A DNA stretch of 42,585 nt. It comes from an uncultured Bacteroidales bacterium. Lineage in GTDB: Bacteria; Bacteroidota; Bacteroidia; Bacteroidales; UBA932. Position 1 is the first letter of the stretch; the number at the start of each line of letters is the position of its first letter. The position numbers and the translations under genes are program-made. Below, piece by piece: positions 24,057-33,799 of this stretch. Where the stretch lies: contig CALCHD010000096.1 of assembly GCA_937901105.1 (NCBI GenBank), positions 1 through 42,585 on the forward strand, written 5' to 3'. Below the pieces are notes generated by a model. It did no database searches and was not told the DNA's origin. It saw only the letters and a list, made by a program, of their open reading frames with translations.

Positions 24057-25073
24057 TTATTTTTTGATCTCTTTTGCCAATCTGTCAGTAAGCATAGGAA
24101 CAATCTTGTTAACATCACCAACGATACCAAGATCTGCAACCTGGAAAATAGGAGCAAATTTATCTTTGTTGATAGCGATGATAAGCTCAGACTCTTCCAT
24201 ACCTGCCAAGTGCTGGATAGCACCAGAGATACCGCAAGCCAAGTATAGGTCTGGACGTACAGTCTTACCAGTCTGTCCAACCTGTCTGTCATGATCCATG
24301 ATACCTGCATCAACCATTGCACGTGAAGATGAAACCTCACCACCAATAACCTCTGCAAGAGCTGCCAATTTCTCAAAGTTCTCTTTGTTACCAACACCTC
24401 TACCACCTGATACAAGTACTTTAGCCTCAGTAATGTCAACAAGACCTTTCTCAGCTTTAACAGTCTCAAGTAGTTTTACAGCAAATTTAGATGCGTCGAA
24501 AGTAGCAGTGAAAGGAATGATGTTACCAGTTCTTGAAGCATCTTTCTCTTTTTTCTGCATAACGCCTGGACGTACTGTAGCCATCTGAACACCATCTTTT
24601 GCAGCAACGATAGTAGCCATTAGGTTACCACCGAATGCAGGACGGGTCATCATAAGTTTCCTAGCCTCCAATTTAGGATCTGAACCGTCTGAAATCTCAA
24701 GTTTAGTACAGTCTGCAGTAAGACCTTTCTCCAATCTTGCAGAAAGTCTTGGAGCCAAGTCTCTACCGATTGTAGTAGCACCGAACAATACGATATCTGG
24801 GTTCATTGCAGTAATAACCTGGAATACAGCCTGAGTATACTGCTCAGTTACATAATCTTTAAGCTCAGGAGCGTCAACTACGATAACATCATCAGCACCG
24901 TAAGCGATCAACTCGTTAGCCTGATCAGCAATGTTGTGGCCAGCGAAAATAGCAACTACTTTATCGCCCAAAACATCAGCCAAATCTCTTGCTTTGCCTA
25001 TAAGCTCTAGAGCAACAGGTTGGATTACACCCTCTCTCTGCTCTGCGAATACATATACGTTTTTATTATTCAT
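24057..25073 (-). CDS. etfA: electron transfer flavoprotein alpha subunit
   Basis: 338 aa. The C-terminal FAD-binding region reads ..VSGGRGVG...[15 protein letters not shown]...[29 protein letters not shown]. Confidence 0.93.
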   Translation of the reverse strand: MNNKNVYVFAEQREGVIQPVALELIGKARDLADVLGDKVVAIFAGHNIADQANELIAYGADDVIVVDAPELKDYVTEQYTQAVFQVITAMNPDIVLFGATTIGRDLAPRLSARLEKGLTADCTKLEISDGSDPKLEARKLMMTRPAFGGNLMATIVAAKDGVQMATVRPGVMQKKEKDASRTGNIIPFTATFDASKFAVKLLETVKAEKGLVDITEAKVLVSGGRGVGNKENFEKLAALAEVIGGEVSSSRAMVDAGIMDHDRQVGQTGKTVRPDLYLACGISGAIQHLAGMEESELIIAINKDKFAPIFQVADLGIVGDVNKIVPMLTDRLAKEIKK

Positions 25074-25093
25074 TTCTTCTTAAGTTTTGGCGA

Positions 25094-25873
25094 TTAGATA
25101 ATAAATTTCTCTTTAAGTTTGCTTACGATCAAGCCAACAGCCTGCTCTGCATCAACCTCGTGAACCTCACCTGCAGCTTTAACACCCTTGGTGAATGATT
25201 TGTAAACTCTTGTACCAGAGCCTTTCAAACCTAGCATCTCAAGAGGAAGGTTTACTTTGTCTACGCCCCATACAGCTACTGGTTTGTCAAATGCGTCAAC
25301 GATACCAGCAACATTCATATAACGTGCTTTGAAACCGCTTGCAAGAGCTGTAAGAAGAACTGGACCTGCAACCTCTAGCATCTGGTATCCCTCCTCAGTC
25401 TCTTTCTTAACGATGAATTTGCCGTCTTTGTACTCAAGACCTGCAACGTAAGAAATCTGTGGAAGGCCAAGGTGCTCAGCAATCTGAGGACCTACCTGAG
25501 CTGTATCACCGTCAATTGCCTGTCTACCTGCAATGATAAGGTCATACTCAAGGTTTTTAAGAGCTGCAGCAATAGTGTGAGATGTTGCCAAAGTATCAGC
25601 ACCACCAAACTCTCTACCTGTTAGCAAAATAGCCTCGTCAGCACCCATAGCATAAGCCTCTCTAAGGATAGCATCTGCCTGAGGAGGACCCATTGTAATA
25701 ACTGTTACATGAGCGCCATACTGATCTTTCAACTGAAGAGCCATCTCCAAGCCACCTTTATCATCTGGGTTCATAATGCTTGGAACGCCATCACGGATAA
25801 GTGTACCTGTTACAGGGTTAATTTTAATAACTGTAGTATCTGGTACCTGTTTAATACAAACTACTATTTTCAT
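25094..25873 (-). CDS. etfB: electron transfer flavoprotein beta subunit
   Basis: 259 aa beginning MKIVVCIKQVPDT, which is typical of EtfB. It is adjacent to etfA and bcd. Confidence 0.93.
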   Translation of the reverse strand: MKIVVCIKQVPDTTVIKINPVTGTLIRDGVPSIMNPDDKGGLEMALQLKDQYGAHVTVITMGPPQADAILREAYAMGADEAILLTGREFGGADTLATSHTIAAALKNLEYDLIIAGRQAIDGDTAQVGPQIAEHLGLPQISYVAGLEYKDGKFIVKKETEEGYQMLEVAGPVLLTALASGFKARYMNVAGIVDAFDKPVAVWGVDKVNLPLEMLGLKGSGTRVYKSFTKGVKAAGEVHEVDAEQAVGLIVSKLKEKFII

Positions 25874-25884
25874 ACTGTGTGATT

Positions 25885-27024
25885 CTATTTAAATAATTTA
25901 GCTGCAATTACCATTCTCTGAACCTCTGAAGTTCCCTCGTAGATCTCGGTGATCTTAGCATCACGCATCATTCTCTCTACTGGATACTCTCTGGTGTAAC
26001 CATAACCACCGTGGAACTGAACTGCCTTGGTAGTTACCTCCATTGCAGTCTCAGCTGCAAATAGTTTACCCATAGCTGCATCAGCTGAGAAAGGCATACC
26101 CATATCCTGTTTCCAAGCAGCCTGTCTAACCAATAGGCGAGCAGCCTGTACTTTAGTCTCTAGATCAGCCATCTGGAACTGAGTGTTCTGGAATGCAGAG
26201 ATTGATCTGCCGAACTGTTTTCTCTCTTTAGTATATTTAACAGTCTCGTCCATAGCGCCCTGAGCGATACCTAGAGCCTGAGAAGCGATACCGATACGGC
26301 CACCGTCCAAAGTCTTCATAGCAACTTTGAAACCCTCGCCCATTTTACCTAGCATGTTAGCTTTAGGAACGCGGCAGTTCTCAAAAATAAGCTCGCAAGT
26401 AGCAGAACCTCTGATACCTAGCTTGTGCTCTTTTTTACCAATTGAGAAACCTGGAGTACCAGCCTCTACGATGAAAGTAGTGATACCTTTGTTTCCAAGA
26501 GACTTGTCAGTCATAGTAGCAACTACATATACGTGAGCAGGACCAGCATTGGTAATGAAGATCTTGCTGCCGTTGATGATATAGTCGTCACCATCCTCTA
26601 CAGCAGTTGTCTGCTGACCAGCAGCGTCAGTACCTGCGTTAGGCTCAGTAAGACCGAAAGCACCAATCCACTCGCCGCTAGCAAGTTTTGGAAGGTATTT
26701 CTGTTTCTGCTCCTCAGTACCGAACTCCCAGATTGGAGACATACACAATGAAGTGTGTGCAGAAAGAATTACACCGGTAGTAGCACATACTCTAGATAGC
26801 TCCTCTACAGCGATAGAATACATAATGTGGTCACCACCAGCACCACCATAATTTTTAGGAATGTAGATACCAAATAGACCTAGTTTAGCCATTTTCTCAA
26901 CGGTCTCCATAGGGAATCTCTCAGTATCATCCACCTCTGCAGCAAGAGGTTTAACCTCTTTCTCAGCAAACTCTCTAATCATTTGCTGGAACAATTGCTG
27001 TGTTTTAGTAAGTCCGAAATTCAT
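25885..27024 (-). CDS. bcd: butyryl-CoA (short-chain acyl-CoA) dehydrogenase
   Basis: 379 aa. Acyl-CoA dehydrogenase signatures are present (GLTEPNAGTDA, QFGRSISAFQ, and IYEGTSEVQR with the catalytic Glu). It is paired with etfBA. Confidence 0.92.
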   Translation of the reverse strand: MNFGLTKTQQLFQQMIREFAEKEVKPLAAEVDDTERFPMETVEKMAKLGLFGIYIPKNYGGAGGDHIMYSIAVEELSRVCATTGVILSAHTSLCMSPIWEFGTEEQKQKYLPKLASGEWIGAFGLTEPNAGTDAAGQQTTAVEDGDDYIINGSKIFITNAGPAHVYVVATMTDKSLGNKGITTFIVEAGTPGFSIGKKEHKLGIRGSATCELIFENCRVPKANMLGKMGEGFKVAMKTLDGGRIGIASQALGIAQGAMDETVKYTKERKQFGRSISAFQNTQFQMADLETKVQAARLLVRQAAWKQDMGMPFSADAAMGKLFAAETAMEVTTKAVQFHGGYGYTREYPVERMMRDAKITEIYEGTSEVQRMVIAAKLFK

Positions 27025-27035
27025 ACTTTAGTTAT

Positions 27036-27698
27036 TTAATTTAAGTTAACCTGTTTTAAGTTTTCTGAAATGATAAGTTTAGCCTCTGTAGCCTCCTGAA
27101 CCTGCTCTACAGTGAACTCAGGGTTGATCTCTGTAAGAACGATGCCCTCTGGAGTAATCTCCATTACACCCATCTCAGTGATGATCATATTTACCTGACC
27201 AGCAGCTGTTAGAGGAAGACGGCATTTCTTAAGGATCTTATGATTGCCTTTAGCAGTGTGCTCCATAGTAAGGATAACTTTCTTAGCACCTACCAAAAGG
27301 TCCATAGCGCCACCCATTCCTGGAGTCTTTTTGCCTGGAATCATCCAGTTTGCCAAGTCACCTTTCTCATCTACCTCAAGTGCACCTAGGAAAGTAACGT
27401 TAACGTGACCTCCTCTGATAACACCAAAGCTGGTAGCTGAATCAAATGAAGCAGCACCTGGCTGGTATGTGATGAATCCACCACCTGCATTTACCCAGTG
27501 CGGATCCTCTGTACCCCCTGCAGGAGTAGGTCCCATACCGAGCAAACCGTTCTCAGACTGCAATGTAACACTAACACCCTCTGGAAGGTAGTTAGGGATA
27601 ATGGTTGGAAGGCCAATACCCAAGTTCACTACATCACCGTCCTTGATCTCTAGAGCTGCCCTTTTGGCAATAAATTCTCTAATTTGATTCTTGTCCAT
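27036..27698 (-). CDS. atoA: 3-oxoacid (acetoacetate:butyrate/acetate) CoA-transferase subunit B
   Basis: 220 aa. The catalytic-Glu motif SENG is present (TLQSENGLLGMGP). Confidence 0.9.
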   Translation of the reverse strand: MDKNQIREFIAKRAALEIKDGDVVNLGIGLPTIIPNYLPEGVSVTLQSENGLLGMGPTPAGGTEDPHWVNAGGGFITYQPGAASFDSATSFGVIRGGHVNVTFLGALEVDEKGDLANWMIPGKKTPGMGGAMDLLVGAKKVILTMEHTAKGNHKILKKCRLPLTAAGQVNMIITEMGVMEITPEGIVLTEINPEFTVEQVQEATEAKLIISENLKQVNLN

Positions 27699-27715
27699 AA
27701 TGTATATAGTTAGTT

Positions 27716-28501
27716 TTATTTGTTTCTCTTAACAAACTCCTGAGCTACAAATGAAGCAACGTCATCTGCATAAGTGTTTGCACCGAAACCGGCATCGTAG
27801 CCAAGCTCTTTAGCAAGCTCATGAGAAATACGAGGACCACCGCAAACAACAATCATCTTGTCTCTCAAGCCCTCTGCCTCCATAAGCTCAATAAGCTCAG
27901 TAAGGTTCTGGATGTGAACATCCTTCTGGGTTACAGTCTGTGAAACTAGAAGAGCGTCGGCTTTAAGCTCAATTGCTTTAGCCAAGAACTCCTCGTTAGG
28001 AACCTGGCTGCCCAAGTTGTATGCCTCTACCATGTCATATCTCTCCAAGCCATAGTGACCTGCGTAGCCTTTCATGTTCATGATAGCGTCAATACCTACA
28101 GTGTGGGCATCAGTACCTGTTGATGCACCAACAAGAACAAGTTTTCTGCCGATGTTCTCCTTGATGTACTCATCACACTCATGCATATCCATGGTGTTGC
28201 TCTCTACTTTTGGAACGTAGATGTTAGAGTAGTCAACAGTATGAGTAAGGTTACCGTAGCAGTTGAAGAATGTAAAGCCTTCAGTAAGCTCTCTTGAGAA
28301 TGCTACAAGAGGATTCTCAAAACCCATTTTTTTCATAAGAAGCTTTGCAGCCTCCTCAGCCTCAGCTCCGTTAGGAACTGGCAAAGTAAAGCTCACCTGA
28401 ACTTTACCGTCGTTCATTGTATCACCGTAAGGCTTAACTTTTGACAAGTCTAGTGTCTGGTCAAAATCTTTAGCCGACATTGAATATAGTCCACCTGCCA
28501 T
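27716..28501 (-). CDS. kamE: lysine 5,6-aminomutase beta subunit (B12- and PLP-binding)
   Basis: Contains GLYS...DFDQTLDLSKVKPYGDTMNDGKVQVSFTLP, the base-off B12 motif DxHxxG (DAHTVG), and a Rossmann-like domain. Confidence 0.9.
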   Translation of the reverse strand: MAGGLYSMSAKDFDQTLDLSKVKPYGDTMNDGKVQVSFTLPVPNGAEAEEAAKLLMKKMGFENPLVAFSRELTEGFTFFNCYGNLTHTVDYSNIYVPKVESNTMDMHECDEYIKENIGRKLVLVGASTGTDAHTVGIDAIMNMKGYAGHYGLERYDMVEAYNLGSQVPNEEFLAKAIELKADALLVSQTVTQKDVHIQNLTELIELMEAEGLRDKMIVVCGGPRISHELAKELGYDAGFGANTYADDVASFVAQEFVKRNK

Positions 28502-28503
28502 AA

Positions 28504-30057
28504 TTATTTTCTCCCTTTCATTAAGTTAATAAATGGATTCATGTAGTTGGCACCCTTCTCAACAACGCCGTCAAGACCTTTACCGCCAACTCTGCTTCTC
28601 TTAACGTCACCAAAGATACCTTTCTCCAATGCATTGAACAATCCCTCTGAAGTCATCTGCTCCAAAAGTGCAATTGCATTGTCAAGAACCTCTTTAGCTC
28701 TGTTTCTGATGATACCGCCCTCTTTGAACTCCATCTCGTCACCAATGCTCTTCATGTTATTGAAGATATATTTTGCATTCTCGATAGACAAGAAACGGTC
28801 ACTCATGAATGGAGTGTGGATAGCTTCGGTAGGCATACCAAGAAGCTGAAGACCTTGGCTTGTCCAGATACCGATCATGTTGAACAAAGCATCCTGCAAG
28901 TGGCCTCTGAAGATGTTACCTGTCATGAATTTTGTAGGAGGCATGTATTTAAGCGGTGCTTTAGGGAAGATTTCTCTTGCCATCTGAGCCTGTGCAAGCT
29001 CGTACAAGAAACCGTTCTCCAACATAGGATCCATCTCAAATGCATGGCCTAGACCCATCTGCTCCTCTGGAAGACCTGCAAGCAGTGCAAGCTGCTCATT
29101 GATAAGGTCTGAAGCAAGAACTGTGTGAGCTGCCTCTACTGCATCTGCAGTTGTAAGGTAGTTGTCCTCACCTGTATTGATGATAACGCCTGCAAATCCG
29201 TTGATAACTCTAGACATGAACTGGTCAACAAGGGTTCTCTGCATGTTGATATCGCGGAAAAGGATACCGTATAGAGCGTCATTCAACATAACGTCAAGAC
29301 CCTCGAATGCACCCATGATAGCAATCTCCGGCATACACAAACCTGAACAGTAGTTACATACTCTGATGTATCTGCCAAGCTCCTCACCAACTTTGTCCAT
29401 AGCCTCACGCATGATCTTGAAGTTAGCCTGTGTAGCGTAAGTACCGCCGAATCCCTCTGTTGTAACACCGTAAGGAACGTAGTCCAACAAGCTCTGGCCT
29501 GTAGTTCTGATAACTGCGATAATATCAGCACCCTGTCTTGCAGCAGCCTCTGCCTGAACAACATCCTCGTAAATGTTACCTGTAGCAACAATTACATACA
29601 AGTAAGGTTTTGGACCCTCACCAATTGTGTTAAGGTAGTTCTCTCTGCGCTCTCTTCTAGCTCTGATCTTGGCAATGCTGCCATCAATAACCGGCTGAAG
29701 AACTGCTTCAATGGCTGCTTTGTCCGCAACCTCTATTTTTGTAAGATCCAAAGCACCTGTTGCAACTTTCTCTGCAACCTCCTGAGGAGTAAGACCGGTG
29801 TTAACCATAGCATTAGCTATATAGAAAAGAACACCCTCTCCTAGTACGCCTTTAGCTTTAAGATCATCTACAACTACGTTTGGAAGCGGAACCTGATTCT
29901 CATCAACTCCGTCAATTCCCATAAGTCTACACAATGTACGCTCAACAGCTACAGTTGTCTTAGACTCAACAAAAGCCTGAACCTCATTGGCAATTTCTTT
30001 AGCCAACGACTTTGCGTGCTCAACCTTTTTAAAATCCAATCCTAATTTACTCTGCAT
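28504..30057 (-). CDS. kamD: lysine 5,6-aminomutase alpha subunit
   Basis: 517 aa, TIM-barrel type, beginning M.SKL.LDF. It lies immediately upstream of kamE with a 2-nt gap. Confidence 0.9.
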   Translation of the reverse strand: MQSKLGLDFKKVEHAKSLAKEIANEVQAFVESKTTVAVERTLCRLMGIDGVDENQVPLPNVVVDDLKAKGVLGEGVLFYIANAMVNTGLTPQEVAEKVATGALDLTKIEVADKAAIEAVLQPVIDGSIAKIRARRERRENYLNTIGEGPKPYLYVIVATGNIYEDVVQAEAAARQGADIIAVIRTTGQSLLDYVPYGVTTEGFGGTYATQANFKIMREAMDKVGEELGRYIRVCNYCSGLCMPEIAIMGAFEGLDVMLNDALYGILFRDINMQRTLVDQFMSRVINGFAGVIINTGEDNYLTTADAVEAAHTVLASDLINEQLALLAGLPEEQMGLGHAFEMDPMLENGFLYELAQAQMAREIFPKAPLKYMPPTKFMTGNIFRGHLQDALFNMIGIWTSQGLQLLGMPTEAIHTPFMSDRFLSIENAKYIFNNMKSIGDEMEFKEGGIIRNRAKEVLDNAIALLEQMTSEGLFNALEKGIFGDVKRSRVGGKGLDGVVEKGANYMNPFINLMKGRK

Positions 30058-30068
30058 ATAATTGTATG

Positions 30069-31415
30069 TTAGTTATTTAAGTTTCTCTTTGTACACTCAA
30101 TCCATTTAGGGTCAATACCCAGGCTCTCCGCTATTGCCACTGCCTCATGCGGAACATCACCGCTGTGTGCAATCTCAAGCCTGTAATCCATCACCCCTTC
30201 TCTCAAACCCTTAACCCTATATCTCTTTACCTTGTCATTAACAATATTGTAGTGTGTTGTAAGGACAAATCCGCCTTTAACCTCCTCCACAACCTCAAGC
30301 AAGCCCTCCACCAAAGCTGTACCTTCAACAGGGTTGGTAGTCCTTGCCGGCTCGTCAATAAGGGCCAAAAGCTGTTTTCCTTCCCTCATCTTCCTGATCA
30401 CCGAGTCAATTGCCAGCATTTCACCAGCAAAAGAAGAAACGCCCTTCACAATGCTCTGCTCATCTCCAATACACAACGCAACTTCCTCTACCAGACTCAC
30501 GCAACAGTCATGCGCTGCAACACCAAAACCATACTGGGCAAGCAGCTGGTTCAATGCCAAACACTTCAAAACCACACTCTTGCCGCCCATATTGGCACCG
30601 ATTATAGTAACAGGCAGCCTGTCAAACTCTATATCAACAGGAGTATACTCCCTACCTTGCGCTGCAAGCAGCTCCTTCACAGCAGGATTGAACATTCCGT
30701 TATAGAATGTCTCACCATCCTCCACAACCACAGGGAAGCACAATCCCAGCTTCTTCATCTGTTGTGCCTTTGCAATAAGGATATCCAGAACTGACAAATT
30801 CCTCAAAGCCAAAAGCAGGTCATCTGCAAAATCCTTCAATTTTCCCGACAGCTCTCCTCTAATCTCAAGCTCAAGATCAGCATTCTTCTGCAACAGGACA
30901 GCCAATTCTGCCCGTTTATCATCGGGAAGCTCCTCACCATTGCCCTGAAGTGCCTTCATCTGCTTCCTCACCTCCCTCAATTCATCTGAATATGAATCAT
31001 ACACATAGAATGAAGGGATATTGGATTTGTCGGGATCCAGAATCTCCACAACTTTCTGCAGCTGTGGCAGCCCTACTGCCACAATCCTCTGCTCTTGCAA
31101 AAGCTGAAGGACCTCACCTGAAACAATAGCCAGGTACTTTACTTCAAAGAGCTCAATGTCATCAAGGACAGCTCCTGATGCCAATCTGCTCAAAGTATTG
31201 TGTATATCCTTAATACACATCAGCTTATGGGCAATCTTGGCACAATCCTTGTCATATATCTCATTAAGCCTGCGATAATGGAAATCCAGCTCTCGCTTGG
31301 TAGTCATCATCTTGCTCTGCAGAAGCATCTTCCTTCCACAAGGAGACATTATATCCAAGGTATCATACATATACCTTAACCCGCAGTCAATATCCAGTGC
31401 AGACTTAAATGTCAT
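30069..31415 (-). CDS. MutS domain V-like ATPase, probable lysine 5,6-aminomutase reactivase component (KamB/KamC type)
   Basis: Walker A GANMGGKS with a DEPARTTNP-type Walker B (LIDEPARTTNPVEG). No mismatch-binding or clamp domains are present. It is embedded between kamA and kamD. Confidence 0.7.
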   Translation of the reverse strand: MTFKSALDIDCGLRYMYDTLDIMSPCGRKMLLQSKMMTTKRELDFHYRRLNEIYDKDCAKIAHKLMCIKDIHNTLSRLASGAVLDDIELFEVKYLAIVSGEVLQLLQEQRIVAVGLPQLQKVVEILDPDKSNIPSFYVYDSYSDELREVRKQMKALQGNGEELPDDKRAELAVLLQKNADLELEIRGELSGKLKDFADDLLLALRNLSVLDILIAKAQQMKKLGLCFPVVVEDGETFYNGMFNPAVKELLAAQGREYTPVDIEFDRLPVTIIGANMGGKSVVLKCLALNQLLAQYGFGVAAHDCCVSLVEEVALCIGDEQSIVKGVSSFAGEMLAIDSVIRKMREGKQLLALIDEPARTTNPVEGTALVEGLLEVVEEVKGGFVLTTHYNIVNDKVKRYRVKGLREGVMDYRLEIAHSGDVPHEAVAIAESLGIDPKWIECTKRNLNN

Positions 31416-32424
31416 ACTTATTCTTAACTATATCATAAACCGGAAGCCCTAGAGCCTCCTGTAATCTTTCACATAAAATGTCACTGTCCAAAACATAACC
31501 ATTTGGAGCAGTAGGGTTTACGCAGACTGCAACAAGCTTGCTCTTCTGCAAAACCTTGATTTTTCCCCCTCTTGCACAGAAAATCCTGTAAGCCTGCTCG
31601 CTCACAAAGATCTTTGTGAAATCCTTCACCACCAGTGTCACCTCCTTAATGTTCTTTGAATCTGCAATAAGATTCAAAAGCTTGTCAGTAAGGGCTCCCA
31701 CTGTAAAGATAATCTTCATCCCCTTGGTAATATCATCCTTCAACGAACTGATAGCCAGGGCTGAAGTAATCTTAAAATCAATGATGTTTCCATCAAAGTC
31801 AACTCCCCACACACCACTCTCAATATCGCAAAGTGCATCTCTGCTCTCATCCTTAAGCTTCTCCAGCCCAATCATCTCCACTACAAATTTGGTTTTCTGA
31901 ACCAGAGTGTTGATATTGGACGAAAAGGCGGCACCTGTAGAAAGCACCATCGCCTTGCTTATGGCCGGTGACGCAGAACTCAACCTTGAAATTGCACCGT
32001 CAATTATAGTAAGGTCAATCCCAAACTTCTCCATCCCTGCAACCCATCTGCGCAATGATACTCCCGACGAAGGTCCTGAAATAAGCGCTTTACCGCCCAC
32101 AGACACCTTTGCTGTAAGAATCCTTCCCAAAGAACTTCTCTCATCAGTAATCTCAACCAGCTCACTCACTAGCCTTCTCTCTTTGTAATGAGCCTCTGCT
32201 GTTGAGAAATACATCCCTTCCCTAAGGAATATTTCAGGCTTCTTAGTAGAAGTCACCTGATCCTTATTTTCACCATCTATACCTATAGAGGTTACCGCTA
32301 CCCGCTTTTCATGTAGCGGTAACCTGTACAGGATATAATTCAAACACTCTGTCTTGCCTACATTCTTCTCCAAGCCTACAATAGACAAGCTGTCATATTT
32401 AAGAATCTCTTCAATGAACGGCAT
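31405..32424 (-). CDS. P-loop-like protein, probable second lysine 5,6-aminomutase reactivase component
   Basis: 339 aa with an N-terminal G-x4-GKT motif (GLEKNVGKTE). Its 3' end overlaps the MutS-like ORF by 11 nt, which suggests translational coupling. Confidence 0.55.
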   Translation of the reverse strand: MPFIEEILKYDSLSIVGLEKNVGKTECLNYILYRLPLHEKRVAVTSIGIDGENKDQVTSTKKPEIFLREGMYFSTAEAHYKERRLVSELVEITDERSSLGRILTAKVSVGGKALISGPSSGVSLRRWVAGMEKFGIDLTIIDGAISRLSSASPAISKAMVLSTGAAFSSNINTLVQKTKFVVEMIGLEKLKDESRDALCDIESGVWGVDFDGNIIDFKITSALAISSLKDDITKGMKIIFTVGALTDKLLNLIADSKNIKEVTLVVKDFTKIFVSEQAYRIFCARGGKIKVLQKSKLVAVCVNPTAPNGYVLDSDILCERLQEALGLPVYDIVKNKYDI

Positions 32425-32444
32425 AAACAGAAGTATTTGGTATA

Positions 32445-33692
32445 CTATTTCTTAGATCTCTCTTTTCTGCTAAGTACAGAAGGCTCAATAGCCATTCCTT
32501 TACCCTCAAGCAATGAAGAAACACCCTCGATAGATTTGTTCTGAGCAGCTTTGCAGTACTCACAGTTACACTCGTTCTTGTAGTCAGTAGGCTCGGTGTA
32601 AGTAGTGATAACACCCTCAAAGTTTCTAAGGACAACTTTACCAGGAGCCTGTGAAATAACGTACTGAGGCATAACTGGAGTTTTTCCGCCACCACCTGGA
32701 GCATCAACTACGAATGTTGGAACTGCATAACCTGAAGTATGGCCTCTCAAGCCCTCAATGATCTCAATACCTTTAGATACTGGAGTTCTGAAGTGCTCAA
32801 TACCCATAGATAGGTCACACTGGTAGATGTAGTAAGGTCTTACTCTCATCTTAACAAGCTCATGCATAAGTTTCTTCATAGTGTTTACGCAATCGTTCAC
32901 ACCACGTAGAAGCACGGTCTGGTTACCCAATGGAATACCTGCATTAGCCAATTTTGCACAAGCCTCAGCAGCCTCTTTAGTAACCTCCTGTGGATGGTTG
33001 AAGTGAGTGTTCAACCATACTGGATGGTATTTCTTAAGCATGTTTACAAGGTCGTCAGTGATACGCTGAGGACATACAACTGGAGTTCTTGAACCTAGTC
33101 TGATAATCTCTACGTGAGGGATAGCTCTTACTCTAGAGATAATGTACTCCAATCTCTCGTCGCTTACGCACAATGAGTCACCACCTGAAAGAAGCACGTC
33201 TCTAACCTGTGGAGTCTTTGCAATGTACTCAATAGCTCTGTCAATTCTGTCAATAGCGCTCTCACCATCTTTCTGGCCTGCGAAACGTCTTCTGGTACAG
33301 TGACGGCAGTACATAGAGCACATGTCAGTGATAAGTAGAAGAACGCGGTCTGGATATCTGTGAGTCAAGCCAGGTACTGGAGAATCCTCATCCTCGTGTA
33401 GAGGGTCAAGGAGGTCAGCAGGAGACTGATAAGTCTCTTTACCTGTAGGCACAGCCTGTTTTCTTACTGGACAGTCAGGATTGTTAGGATCAATCAAGCT
33501 GATGTAGTAAGGGGTGATTGCCATTCTAAGAGTCTGAAGGGTCTTTTTAACACCCTCTTCCTCCTCTGGAGTAAGGGTAACATATTTCTTAAGATCCTCA
33601 AGAGTCTCAATTCTATTTTTTACCTGCCATTTCCAATCGTTCCACTGCTCGTCGGTAACATTTGGGAATAGCTCATAACGTCTTGATTCCAT
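32445..33692 (-). CDS. kamA: lysine 2,3-aminomutase (radical SAM, PLP)
   Basis: Has the CSMYCRHCTRR radical-SAM cluster motif, the C-terminal CxCxxC (CNCEYC), and the N-terminus ..WNDWKWQ..NRI. Confidence 0.95.
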   Translation of the reverse strand: MESRRYELFPNVTDEQWNDWKWQVKNRIETLEDLKKYVTLTPEEEEGVKKTLQTLRMAITPYYISLIDPNNPDCPVRKQAVPTGKETYQSPADLLDPLHEDEDSPVPGLTHRYPDRVLLLITDMCSMYCRHCTRRRFAGQKDGESAIDRIDRAIEYIAKTPQVRDVLLSGGDSLCVSDERLEYIISRVRAIPHVEIIRLGSRTPVVCPQRITDDLVNMLKKYHPVWLNTHFNHPQEVTKEAAEACAKLANAGIPLGNQTVLLRGVNDCVNTMKKLMHELVKMRVRPYYIYQCDLSMGIEHFRTPVSKGIEIIEGLRGHTSGYAVPTFVVDAPGGGGKTPVMPQYVISQAPGKVVLRNFEGVITTYTEPTDYKNECNCEYCKAAQNKSIEGVSSLLEGKGMAIEPSVLSRKERSKK

Positions 33693-33737
33693 GTTGTTTA
33701 AATGTATTAAAGTTTATATATGTATTTTACGCCATCA

Positions 33738-33777
33738 AGTTTTAAAACCAGCGGAGCGTTCCGCCGGCTTTAAAACT
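33738..33777 (-). other. 19-bp RNA hairpin in the kdd-kamA intercistronic gap
   Basis: Minus-strand RNA GAGUUUUAAAGCCGGCGGA-ACGC-UCCGCUGGUUUUAAAACUU, with 3 G-U pairs. No U-run follows it. Confidence 0.6.
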
Positions 33778-33799
33778 CAAAGACTGTGCATATATCAAA

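Noticed and set aside
30069-31415. The MutS-like gene as DNA mismatch repair (MutS/MutS2) or as part of a defence system.
   Set aside because: Only the ATPase core is present. There is no mismatch-binding, connector, clamp or Smr domain. The gene is translationally coupled inside the kamA-kamDE block, a context known for aminomutase reactivation.
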